A DNA stretch of 64,000 bases, taken from positions 1-64,000 of the forward strand of contig CBDCXM010000003.1 in NCBI GenBank assembly GCA_965223855.1, in the 5' to 3' direction. A program made the position numbers and the translations under genes. How positions within the stretch are numbered: the first letter of the stretch is position 1; each line of letters begins with the position of its first letter. This document shows, piece after piece, positions 1 through 8,321 of the stretch. The notes beneath the pieces are model-generated. The model ran no database searches. It was not told the origin of the DNA and saw only the letters and a list, made by a program, of their open reading frames with translations. Source of the DNA: Candidatus Multivoradales bacterium (GTDB lineage Bacteria; Acidobacteriota; Thermoanaerobaculia; Multivoradales; JAHEKO01).

Positions 1-8
1 GAGCCCGT

Positions 9-705
9 TCATGAGTCGTTGGTGGACCTCTGCTGGCGCTCGAGGACCCAGGAATCGAGGTCTTCCCGACGGTAGACGACTCGCCGGCCGAGCTTGGAGA
101 AGACCGGTCCACCGCCGCGAGACCGCATGGTGTCTAGCGTCGCCGGGCTGAGGCCGAGGTACTCGGCAGCGGCCGGCGTGGTCAGGACTCCCGGCTCTGG
201 GACGTAGTACGGCGCCTGCTGTGGCTCGGCGCTGGGCGGAGACGATCGCCGCCGGCGTCTGGAGCGACTTGGTTCTTGGTTCTCGTTCTCACGTGCTAAG
301 CGCCGAGCACTAGAAGGAATCGCGAGGCGCTTTTTGAAGTCCGGCAGAAGACCTAGACGGACGCTTCGCATCTGGTCTTCCAGATCTGAGCGGAGCTTCG
401 CATCGATTTCTTCGAGATCGAGTGTCTCGTCCAAGAGGGTCACCACCGAGTCGAAGCCGGCTCTTAGGTCCTTCGAGATGTTCTCGAGGATGTGGCCCCG
501 GCTCGTCTCGACTTCCACTGCGACCAGTCTGTTCCCTGCCCGATACGAGAGGTCGACTCTCACTCCCGAGCTGTCGTCTTCGATCCTCGGCTTGAGTCCC
601 TGCTCTGTGAGCCACTGGGCGATGGTGTTCACCCACCACTGATGGACGATGCCTCCGCGGCCGAGCCCAGCGGCCGGAGCGACTCCAAACTCGGCGAGGG
701 ATTGC
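9..705 (-). pseudogene. 5'-truncated gene: PD-(D/E)xK-like domain plus C-terminal excisionase-type HTH
   Basis: C-terminus VLTTPAAAEYLGLSPATLDTMRSRGGGPVFSKLGRRVVYRREDLD is an HTH_17/Xis-like motif. VDLSY...VAVEVET is nuclease-like. The ORF beyond ~705 reads as antisense of the plus-strand gene. 5' limit approximate. Confidence 0.65.
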
Positions 706-1148
706 TGGAGAAGTTCGCACCTGGAACTCAGAGGAACCTCCACATCGGTCGAGGAGACCCAGGGACACACCGAGGAACCGGCGCTCAGCTCGCCGCCGTC
801 ACCAACACGACCTTCCGGGAGGCCAACGCCGACGAACTCATGGCAGCGCACGACGCTGCGGGCGGAGGCGCAGCGGGCACCCAGGCGGCTGAAGACCTTC
901 TCGCACAAGGGGAACACATCCTGACCGATGCTGAGATCATCCTCGGGCCGAACGCGGATGGTGAGGACAAGCTTCATGAGGTGGGCCACCTCGAGCAGGC
1001 GCTGAACGACCCCCACGGCTTCATCGCCGACACCGAGGAGGCGGAGAACGCTCCGACCATCCAGGAGTACGAGGAGTCCGACTCTGAGAAATACGCGGAC
1101 GCCTTCGCTGAGTTCGCGAAGAAGAAGGACGACCCGATCAAGGAGTAG
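680..1148 (+). pseudogene. C-terminal fragment with HExxH motif; possible polymorphic/Rhs toxin tip (zincin-like)
   Basis: KLHEVGHLEQ motif in ORF 492..1148. There is no credible start or RBS, and the part upstream of ~680 is antisense to the xis-like gene. Confidence 0.45.
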
Positions 1149-1150
1149 TT

Positions 1151-1711
1151 ATGAACGGATATCGAGCGAGGCTTTGTCTCAACTGCACACTGGCCCTCAT
1201 GGCTGTCGTACCTACAGCAGCGGCCGCGGGCTCAGTAATCCAAGAACAGCTCGCGTGTGTGGAAAGCGTTCGGGTCAGCTTGTCGCTAAGTGGCCTGACA
1301 GGCGATGGGGTGCTCTTGGAGGATCTGAGCGTGGTCGAGCGAGACCTTCAGGACCTCATCGTGAGCAAGCTCGTCGAGAGCGGCCTGAGCGTAGGAAACG
1401 ACGTGTTCCCATTGCTGGCGGTCTCGGTGACCAGCTTGCCGAGTTCGGCGGACCCAAGCATGCTCGGGGTCGTCGCCTTGCTCGAGCTGATCGAGCCGCT
1501 CGCTCGAGAGAGCGAACCCAATCGCGCCATCGAGGCCACCATCTGGTCCTCGTGGGAGGGCGATGTGGTGAGTCTCGCTGAAGCCGAGTCGTCCCTCGAG
1601 AGATCGGTCAGCGCGCTCACAAGCGAGTTTGCCGCAAAGGCCAAGCAGGCGCGTAAGCACGCCCGAAGGGAGAACGGCGACAGGGTCTGTTCAGCTGGCG
1701 CCTCTCGGTAG
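1151..1711 (+). CDS. Secreted hypothetical protein; candidate immunity protein
   Basis: AGGAG RBS and ATG 2 nt after the upstream stop; N-terminal signal peptide (ALMAVVPTAAAA). Confidence 0.65.
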   Translation: MNGYRARLCLNCTLALMAVVPTAAAAGSVIQEQLACVESVRVSLSLSGLTGDGVLLEDLSVVERDLQDLIVSKLVESGLSVGNDVFPLLAVSVTSLPSSADPSMLGVVALLELIEPLARESEPNRAIEATIWSSWEGDVVSLAEAESSLERSVSALTSEFAAKAKQARKHARRENGDRVCSAGASR

Positions 1712-1859
1712 AGCTGTCAAGGCCAAACCCAGACCTGGCGTTCGCATTGAGTTGGGGCAGTTACCGAGAGAGCCGGACCGTGGCGACATCCGGTTCGAGG
1801 GTCTTCTAGCCCCGAGGAGGGGTGCCGGGTCGAGAGTTGAGTAGGGGAATCTGGTGCCA

Positions 1860-1883
1860 TCCGGGTAATCACGGGGTAATCAC
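1860..1883 (+). repeat. 24-bp repeat TCCGGGTAATCACGGGGTAATCAC (tandem GGGTAATCAC), copy 1; probable integrase arm-type site
   Basis: Exact match to 11005-11028, which lies next to attR. Confidence 0.75.
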
Positions 1884-1976
1884 CCGGCACTCAGACCGCG
1901 CGAAAGAAGGCGACTCAAGACCCTCTCGGCATCCTCGAAGAGAGGCAACTCAACCGGCAGCCCCTAGAGCGGACTC

Positions 1977-2243
1977 TCAGTCGGTTCGGACCCACATGTC
2001 ATCGTAGGCGTAGCAGAAGTCACCGTCCTGCCGCCTATGGTCGCTCGCGTTGCAGTAGTCGCAAGACTCCGGCTCTTCGTCCTGGCCATCCCGGTCTGCA
2101 ACGCGACGTGCTCGCTCCTCCGCCGCGAGACGCTCCAGCTCCGCTTCTCCGAGCTTCCTGAGCGCCTTCCAGCCATAGCGAAGGACGAGAAGGCCTACGA
2201 CCCCGACGCCGACAGCAGCAACGATGTCGTCCTTGTCGCTCAT
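1977..2243 (-). CDS. Small hypothetical membrane protein (88 aa) with CxxC
   Basis: N-terminal hydrophobic segment and CDYC...C; lies downstream of the xis remnant on the same strand. Confidence 0.5.
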   Translation of the reverse strand: MSDKDDIVAAVGVGVVGLLVLRYGWKALRKLGEAELERLAAEERARRVADRDGQDEEPESCDYCNASDHRRQDGDFCYAYDDMWVRTD

Positions 2244-2309
2244 CGATCAAAGTCCATCGACAACGAGCTTAGCGAACTGAGAAGGACCGACGGTCAGTAG
2301 CGGCGGTTC

Positions 2310-2375
2310 CTAGTCGTCGCTCGTGGAACGCTGCTGGCGTTCTGCGACCCACTTGTCGAGGTCCTCGCGTCGATA
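2310..2375 (-). pseudogene. 3' remnant of a second excisionase-like HTH gene, cut by IS3
   Basis: Translates YRREDLDKWVAERQQRSTSDD*, a paralogue of YRREDLDSWVLERQQRSTNDS* at the end of the gene at 9-705; abuts the IS3 end. Confidence 0.8.
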
Positions 2376-2423
2376 TGACGTGCTCCCCAGTGTGACCCCA
2401 CGGACTTCTGGAAAATTCTAGCT

Positions 2424-3320
2424 TCATCGCCCTCGCCTCAGCGCTCCCTGGGCGGGCGGGGGAGGCGGGGCGGAGGCCGGCAGAGCCGGCTGGAGCCCCG
2501 CCCCTCGGGCGTACTCCTTCGGAGTGAGATTCCCCAGCGAGCTGTGCGGCCGCTGGTGGTTGTAGTCGAGGCGCCAGGCTTCGATCCGCTTCCTCGCGTC
2601 GTAGAGGTCGAGAAACCAGTGGAGATTGAGGCACTCGTCTCGGAAGCGGCCGTTGAAGCTCTCGACGAAACAGGTCTCGATCGGTTTGCCCGGGCGGATG
2701 AATGCCAGCGTGACGCCGTGCTCGTAGGCCCACTGATCGAGTGCCTTGCTCGTGCACTCCGGGCCGTTGTCGAGCACCAATCGGTCCGGGTAGCTGCCGC
2801 GCTTCTCGGCGATCCTGTCGAGCACGCGGGCTGCCCGCTGACCCGAGAGCGAGGTGTCGACCTCGATCGCCAGGCACTCCCTTGTCGCGTCGTCGACGAC
2901 GTTGAGGGTGCGAAAGACCCGGCCATCGCTGAGCGTGTCCCGCATGAAGTCCATCGACCACTGGAGGTCGGCAGAGATCGGCACGACCCGGGGAAGACGG
3001 TTGGCCTGGGCGACGCGCTTTCGCTTCTTGCGGCGCACCGCCAGGCCGAGCTCACGGTACACGCGGTAGACCCGCTTGCGGTTGATCTCCCAGCCTTCCC
3101 GTAAGAGCATCACGTGCAGCCGCCGGTAGCCGAAGCGTGGGCGCTCGGCAGCCAGCTCGAGCAGGCGCTCGCGCAGCGGCTCGTCCGCTTCAGCTCGAAG
3201 GCTCCGGCGACGAAACGACGACCGGCTGTAGCTCGCCAGCTCGCAGGCGACTCGCTCGCTGTGTCCGCGACGGTCCCGGAAGAATCTCGTCGCCTCGCGC
3301 CGGGCCGCGGGCGTCACCAT
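2424..3320 (-). CDS. IS3 transposase OrfB (rve/DDE)
   Basis: WSMDF, DNGPE and [12 protein letters not shown] motifs; in the -1 frame relative to orfA at AGAAAATGGTGA. Confidence 0.93.
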   Translation of the reverse strand: MVTPAARREATRFFRDRRGHSERVACELASYSRSSFRRRSLRAEADEPLRERLLELAAERPRFGYRRLHVMLLREGWEINRKRVYRVYRELGLAVRRKKRKRVAQANRLPRVVPISADLQWSMDFMRDTLSDGRVFRTLNVVDDATRECLAIEVDTSLSGQRAARVLDRIAEKRGSYPDRLVLDNGPECTSKALDQWAYEHGVTLAFIRPGKPIETCFVESFNGRFRDECLNLHWFLDLYDARKRIEAWRLDYNHQRPHSSLGNLTPKEYARGAGLQPALPASAPPPPPAQGALRRGR

Positions 3321-3580
3321 TTTCTCGACAGAGCTTCCTTCAGCGACTGCTCGCGGAGCGTCAGATCGGCCACGGCTCGCTTGAGCCTGCGGTTCTCGAG
3401 CTCGAGCTCCTTCATCCGGCGGGCTTCGTTGACGTCGAGACCACCGTACTTGGCCTTCCAGGCGTAGTAGGAGGCCGTCGAGACCCCGTACTCCCGGCAG
3501 ACCTCCTTCACCGGACGGCCGGACTCGACCTCCTGTAGGACCCGGATGATCTCTTCTTCGCTGTACCGCGTCTTGCGCAT
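3314..3580 (-). CDS. IS3 transposase OrfA (HTH)
   Basis: [12 protein letters not shown]...[21 protein letters not shown]; GGAGGAG RBS. Confidence 0.93.
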   Translation of the reverse strand: MRKTRYSEEEIIRVLQEVESGRPVKEVCREYGVSTASYYAWKAKYGGLDVNEARRMKELELENRRLKRAVADLTLREQSLKEALSRKW

Positions 3581-3646
3581 CGTGCTCCTCCTTCCGCGGT
3601 CCGATTTGCTCGAAGCGTACTGGACCGAGTTACGGGGAGCACGTCA

Positions 3647-4116
3647 CGCCGGCAGCATCCGTCCTGACTCCCGGCTAGCAGGTTCTTGAGCGAGAGCACA
3701 TTCGCCGTGCGCTGGCGTACCAGCCTCATCCGCTGCCGCAAGAGATCCCGCACCGAGCGGTCCTCCTTCGGCTGGATGTAGCCCGTCGGCAGAAGGCCCA
3801 GGCGCATCAGGTGGGCCAGCCACCGCGCGTCGTGACGGTCGTCCTTGTACTTGAGTCCCTTGTACTGCTCGACGGCTGAGGTGTTGACCAGCTTCACCTC
3901 GTAGCCTGCCTCCTCCAGACCATCGACCAGCCAGTACCAGTTGAAGGTCGATTCGACCGCCACCGCCTCGAGCTCCGATCGCAGGCCTTCGAGCACGCGC
4001 AGCGTCGCCCCAACGTCGTTCGGTTGCCGTTTCTCGAGGATCACCCGATCCTTCTCGTCGATCACCACCACCACGTGGTCCCTGGCGTGAAGGTCGATAC
4101 CGCAGTACAGTGCCAT
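3647..4116 (-). pseudogene. IS110-family transposase, N-terminal DEDD domain only; frameshifted near 3675 and truncated by IS3
   Basis: YCGIDLH, VAVESTFNWYWL and KDDRHDA motifs. Frame shifts after LKNLLA (continues RESGRMLPA); the C-terminal Tnp20 domain is absent. Confidence 0.88.
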
Positions 4117-4601
4117 GGCTCCTCCTTTTCAAGGGATTGGCGTTCCTGGCAAGGCTACTCGCCTCGCCGAGGGGGAGCCTCTAGATGATCCTCAGGTGAG
4201 CGGTCGAAAGTCGCCGGTCGTCCGGCCGAAACTGGCACAACAGGCTTCGTGTCACCGCACCCGGTTTGAAACTCAGGCGGTTCACTCGCTTCTCGACCGC
4301 CTAAGCGCAGGCGCAAGGGGCTTCTAGGGCCGCATCGGTGCTTACCTAGGCCTCGAGCACATGGGGGAATCCACGACCCCGAGGAGCCGGGACTCCAGCC
4401 GACCTGCGTCGGCCTCCGTCCCGCCCTCCCCAATCCTTCTCGGTGGAGCCGACGTCGTGCTGAGAAGCGAGAATCCTCTCGTTAGACCTGGTCGCTGCCA
4501 GTAGTCTTCTTTCGCCCGGTAAGTGGGTTCGACCTTCGATCCGTTAGGTAGAGCAGAGTCTCCAATCCCGAGAGATTCGCCTACTTGAAGGGAGAAGAAG
4601 G

Positions 4602-5744
4602 ATGAGCAACAAGGTAGCTGCAATCTACACAGATGCCATGGAAGCCGACTTGGAGCATGAGAGTCTCGTTGAGGCCTTGACAATCATGGGAGGTCCTAGC
4701 AGCGAGGCGAACTACCCGCTGCTCTCCGCCACCGACGAGGTGCCGGTGGAGTTGCGGAACGGCTTGGCCGAAGAGTTGCGCCTCGTGGAGCATCAGATAG
4801 CAAGAGTGGCCTCCGGGCAGGCACCGCAGTGTGGAGTCGAGAGGGTGGTAGCGGAGCTCATGAGGGATCTTGAGATGGAGGATCAGGAGAAGGCTCTTCG
4901 TGTTCGGGAGCGCATGATGTCTTCGTTGGAGGGCAGCCGGACGGTGTCTCTGGATGCGAGGAGCCTGAGAGGCGCCGAGAGCGTGCCCAGCCTCCCCGAC
5001 GTGATTCGCTGGGCCTACCGCACCGAGACACCGGATCCCAGAGCGTCTCGGCTTGCGGCGGAAGCTGTGCCACAGAGGGGGAAAGGGAAGAAAGTTCCCC
5101 CTAAGCAGCAGAAGAAGGCGCCGTTCAAGGGCCTGAGATTGAGACTGTCATCTGTAACAGCCGTCGAGGACACCGACGACTGGTACAAGAGTGACGAGGT
5201 GTATTGCGGCGTTGTCGGCGTCGATGAGACCGGGGAGGTCGGTCAAGGGCCCATCTTCAGGGTTGGAGATTTCTATAGCGGAGACACACGCTTTTATCCG
5301 TACCCCGGCAAGACCCTTCAGTATTTCGACATTCGCGAAGGAGGGGACGTCTTTCCAAAGTACTACACCGTCGTGGTCTCTCTTATGGAGCACGATTTCG
5401 GGAGTGTTTCGAAGTGGTTCTCTCAGCTCTTCGACAAGATCAGAGAGCGGGTGGTGTCCTTTGTCGGGCACTACCTTGGGCTCGCACTTCCTAGCGCCTT
5501 GGGGTTCTTGGGCCGCCTCATAGCCGGTCTCTTTAGTCTTGCCATCAAGTGGCTCTTCTCCAAGATCAAATCGTGGCTCGAGCACGACTACATCGGGACA
5601 CGCAGTATCCGGTTCAAGCTCAATAGCTACACAGGCCTCATGGTGGACTCGGGCAGTCGCTTCTCGAGCACGAATACGGAAGAGCTTCTCGGTCCCGGCC
5701 AGGGGCGCTACCGTGTTTCTTGGCGTTGGGAGCTCGTTCACTAG
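4602..5744 (+). CDS. Hypothetical protein (380 aa) with an amphipathic/hydrophobic hairpin near the C-terminus
   Basis: Long ORF preceded by a purine-rich RBS (GGGAGAAGAAGG); no recognised family. Confidence 0.75.
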   Translation: MSNKVAAIYTDAMEADLEHESLVEALTIMGGPSSEANYPLLSATDEVPVELRNGLAEELRLVEHQIARVASGQAPQCGVERVVAELMRDLEMEDQEKALRVRERMMSSLEGSRTVSLDARSLRGAESVPSLPDVIRWAYRTETPDPRASRLAAEAVPQRGKGKKVPPKQQKKAPFKGLRLRLSSVTAVEDTDDWYKSDEVYCGVVGVDETGEVGQGPIFRVGDFYSGDTRFYPYPGKTLQYFDIREGGDVFPKYYTVVVSLMEHDFGSVSKWFSQLFDKIRERVVSFVGHYLGLALPSALGFLGRLIAGLFSLAIKWLFSKIKSWLEHDYIGTRSIRFKLNSYTGLMVDSGSRFSSTNTEELLGPGQGRYRVSWRWELVH

Positions 5745-5891
5745 GACGGGCGGGAGTCGTACCCCTGTCTGAGGCGGTTGTTCTCCAGGGGTACGACATT
5801 TCTTTCTCGGGGGAGAGGTAGCTAGGCTGCGGCGCTGAAGGAGGTGGTGAGCCCAAGACATCTGCGATTCGACTATGATGAGTAAGCAAGC

Positions 5892-6404
5892 GTGCGAATC
5901 TCGGACACGGACGAAGAATTCCAGGAGTACAGGCGAGTGCTCGAGAGGGCCGTTCGGCGGAGTTGTCCAGCGTGGCTCGCTCAGGACTGGGAGGAGGTCG
6001 TGCAGACTGCACTCCTCCGACTCTTCGAGTACGCCCGGAAGCGGGGAGAAGCCGGCTTCACGAAGGCATACGTTTTCAGGGCGGGTCAGAACGCAGTGAT
6101 CGACGAGTGCCGGCGGCGCATCGTCCGAAACGATCACTTGGAAGCGGAAAGCGCAGACTTCGCCGCGAGTTCTGCGCCTGACCCGGAGAGGCGGGCAGCG
6201 CTGAGCGAGCTTGGCAACTCGCTACGCGAGTGCCTAGCCAAGCTGATTGCCTCTCGCCGCGAGGTCCTGACACTCTGTCTCCTCGGCTGGAAGAACCGAG
6301 AGATCTCTGAGCACCTCTCACTCGGAACCAAGAAGGTGGAGAACTTGCTCTACCGTGCACGGCGGGATCTTGAGGCCTGCCTCGCCGAGAGAGGGGTGGC
6401 CTAG
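5892..6404 (+). CDS. ECF sigma-70 factor
   Basis: Region 2 EEVVQTALLRL...NAVIDECRR; region 4 NREISEHLSLGTKKVENLLYRARRDL. Confidence 0.9.
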   Translation: MRISDTDEEFQEYRRVLERAVRRSCPAWLAQDWEEVVQTALLRLFEYARKRGEAGFTKAYVFRAGQNAVIDECRRRIVRNDHLEAESADFAASSAPDPERRAALSELGNSLRECLAKLIASRREVLTLCLLGWKNREISEHLSLGTKKVENLLYRARRDLEACLAERGVA

Positions 6405-6405
6405 C

Positions 6406-7092
6406 GTGTCCGAGGATCGCCGTCTCGAGGAGCTCAGGCAAGCGTTTTGGGCAGGCGGTGCGCGACCAGCCGGCGACGGGCAGAGTTGTCCAGAGACCGA
6501 CCTCCTTCGGCGCGCAGCCCAAGGAGAGTTGGTGGGCGACGAGCTCAGCGGCGTGCTTGAGCATCTGGCTTCTTGCGGCCTCTGCTCGGATCTTTGGCGG
6601 CTGGCCTACGAAGCGATGCCCCCGGAGTCGACCGAGAATGCGACGGCAGCGCCCTTTCCCCCTTTGGTTGTTACCACGGATACCGTTGCCGTACCTGCCG
6701 GGAGGGTGGCTAGACAGTGGCTAGGGGCTAGCGCTGTACTTGCTGCGGCACTGATGATCGCGGTGGGCCTCGGCCTCCGTCAGGACCCTGGCTTCCGCGA
6801 TGGCGATTCCGCACCTGACGGAGCACCACGGCTACTGCAAGAGACGCTTGCTCTAAGCGCACCTATCGTCCGCTGGTCAGTGGAAACGGGCGCGGTATGC
6901 AGCCTTACGATCACGTCGCCTGAGTTGGAGCTATTGGCCAATCAGAAGGGTCTAACTCAGGCCGAGGTTGAGCTGGACCGAGAGTCCGTCGGCAACGTGC
7001 AACCGGGTGTCGAGCTGCCGTGGATCCTGGAGTGTGTGCTGACCTCCGGAGACACAGTTTCTGCTCGTGGTTTCTTGACGACGACCTTCTAA
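6406..7092 (+). CDS. Zinc-binding (zf-HC2) transmembrane anti-sigma factor
   Basis: HLASCGLC (HxxxCxxC), one TM helix (WLGASAVLAAALMIAVGLGL), GTG start 1 nt after the sigma stop. Confidence 0.8.
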   Translation: MSEDRRLEELRQAFWAGGARPAGDGQSCPETDLLRRAAQGELVGDELSGVLEHLASCGLCSDLWRLAYEAMPPESTENATAAPFPPLVVTTDTVAVPAGRVARQWLGASAVLAAALMIAVGLGLRQDPGFRDGDSAPDGAPRLLQETLALSAPIVRWSVETGAVCSLTITSPELELLANQKGLTQAEVELDRESVGNVQPGVELPWILECVLTSGDTVSARGFLTTTF

Positions 7093-7157
7093 GGATGAGT
7101 GATTCGCAGCGCCGTCGCGTTTCTGATTCTGAACCTACGAATGAAAGGGGGTTAGGA

Positions 7158-8321
7158 ATGAGGAACCAGACCCGAGGTTGGGTGGCTGGAGGCTTCTTGG
7201 TGGGGCTAGTGCTCGCGCTGACCCTGCCGATCCTCGACACAACGCACTACCACTACACCGGGCTCTGGCAGAGACAGGGTCAGGTGAGCGTGACGGAGTA
7301 TGTGCACGAGCTAGATCCAACGGCCGACATTGCCGCCCAAATCAACGACCGAATCGCGTCGGTGCCCGCCGGACCCTCACGCACCCTCAAGGGTTTCGAG
7401 CTCTACTGGCTCGACGGGCTCCGTTTTGCTGGAGTATGGGAGACGGCGACACGGGGATTCTGTCAGGTGGTCGACCTGGGTCCTGATCCAAGAACCAACA
7501 AGGCTAGTCTCTCGACGATTTGGGATCTTGAGCGGATTCCGGACGAAGCCGGTGGAGGGTTTGTCGGGCTAGTCTGCGAAGAGCCATCATCGGCCTCGAT
7601 CATCACGTCTTCTTCGCCTCATCGGTTGAGCGTCGTGGCTGCGGCCATCGCTGCTGAGGGAAGGACTATCGTGGACCTAGAATTTGAAGGAGATTCGGAC
7701 GGCGACCAAGTACTCCTCGTCGTCGCAGAAACGGGGCCGCCGCGATCGGTGATCTACTTTGAGGCCTTCGACGACGACAGAGCTCCCGAAGAGCTGCGCT
7801 GTCGCCTCTTGGGAGCCGCAGGCCAGAGCGACGAGTTCTGCGGTGGCCCTTCGGCTGAGCCCCATGGCAGGCGGGCTCCTGTCGAGATAGAGATGGTGAA
7901 CCTCAAAGAAGGTCCTCAGCGGTGGGTGGTTCTCGCCAAACCCGGCGAGCCCGACGACTGGCTTGCTGTAGGGCCAGCAGAATGTCTGCGGGCAGTGCAT
8001 CAGGAGCTTAACGGTCAGTCTCTCGTCGAACCTTCTCTGTCCTCCCATACCAATGAGTGTTTTGCTACGCCCAACGAAACAGAGGAAGACCCGAACGGGC
8101 ATCAAGACACCTTCGCGCAGCCTACGCCGGCTTGGTCTATGGTCGATCTCGACGTGGTTGCGGCCCCCAAGAAGGTCGGCACCCTTTGGTGCGTGGCCAG
8201 GAGTGAGTCGGGCGGCCCCGATCTGAATCCCTTCAGCCCGTTGTTCCTTACCTGCCCGCCAGGAGACCACTCAGGCTCTCACTGGAACGGTGGTTCTGAC
8301 GCGCCGCCGCCGCCGCCGTGA
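7158..8321 (+). CDS. Secreted/membrane-anchored Cys-rich protein with YxGxW-type repeats
   Basis: N-terminal hydrophobic segment; YTGLWQR and FAGVWE resemble polyglycine-hydrolase-type structural repeats; stop overlaps the CHAT gene start (GTGA). Confidence 0.65.
   Translation: MRNQTRGWVAGGFLVGLVLALTLPILDTTHYHYTGLWQRQGQVSVTEYVHELDPTADIAAQINDRIASVPAGPSRTLKGFELYWLDGLRFAGVWETATRGFCQVVDLGPDPRTNKASLSTIWDLERIPDEAGGGFVGLVCEEPSSASIITSSSPHRLSVVAAAIAAEGRTIVDLEFEGDSDGDQVLLVVAETGPPRSVIYFEAFDDDRAPEELRCRLLGAAGQSDEFCGGPSAEPHGRRAPVEIEMVNLKEGPQRWVVLAKPGEPDDWLAVGPAECLRAVHQELNGQSLVEPSLSSHTNECFATPNETEEDPNGHQDTFAQPTPAWSMVDLDVVAAPKKVGTLWCVARSESGGPDLNPFSPLFLTCPPGDHSGSHWNGGSDAPPPPP

Larger units (their letters stand above)
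2376..3646 (-). mobile_element. IS3-family insertion sequence (IS407-like), 1271 bp
   Basis: 13-bp perfect terminal inverted repeats TGACGTGCTCCCC (2376-2388 and 3634-3646), TG...CA ends, orfA/orfB; no target-site duplication (GATA vs CGCC). Confidence 0.93.

Noticed and set aside
4190-4600. Integron attC sites (GTTAGAC, GTTAGGT) near the IS110 end
   Set aside because: No matching RYYYAAC inverse cores at suitable spacing and no integron integrase.
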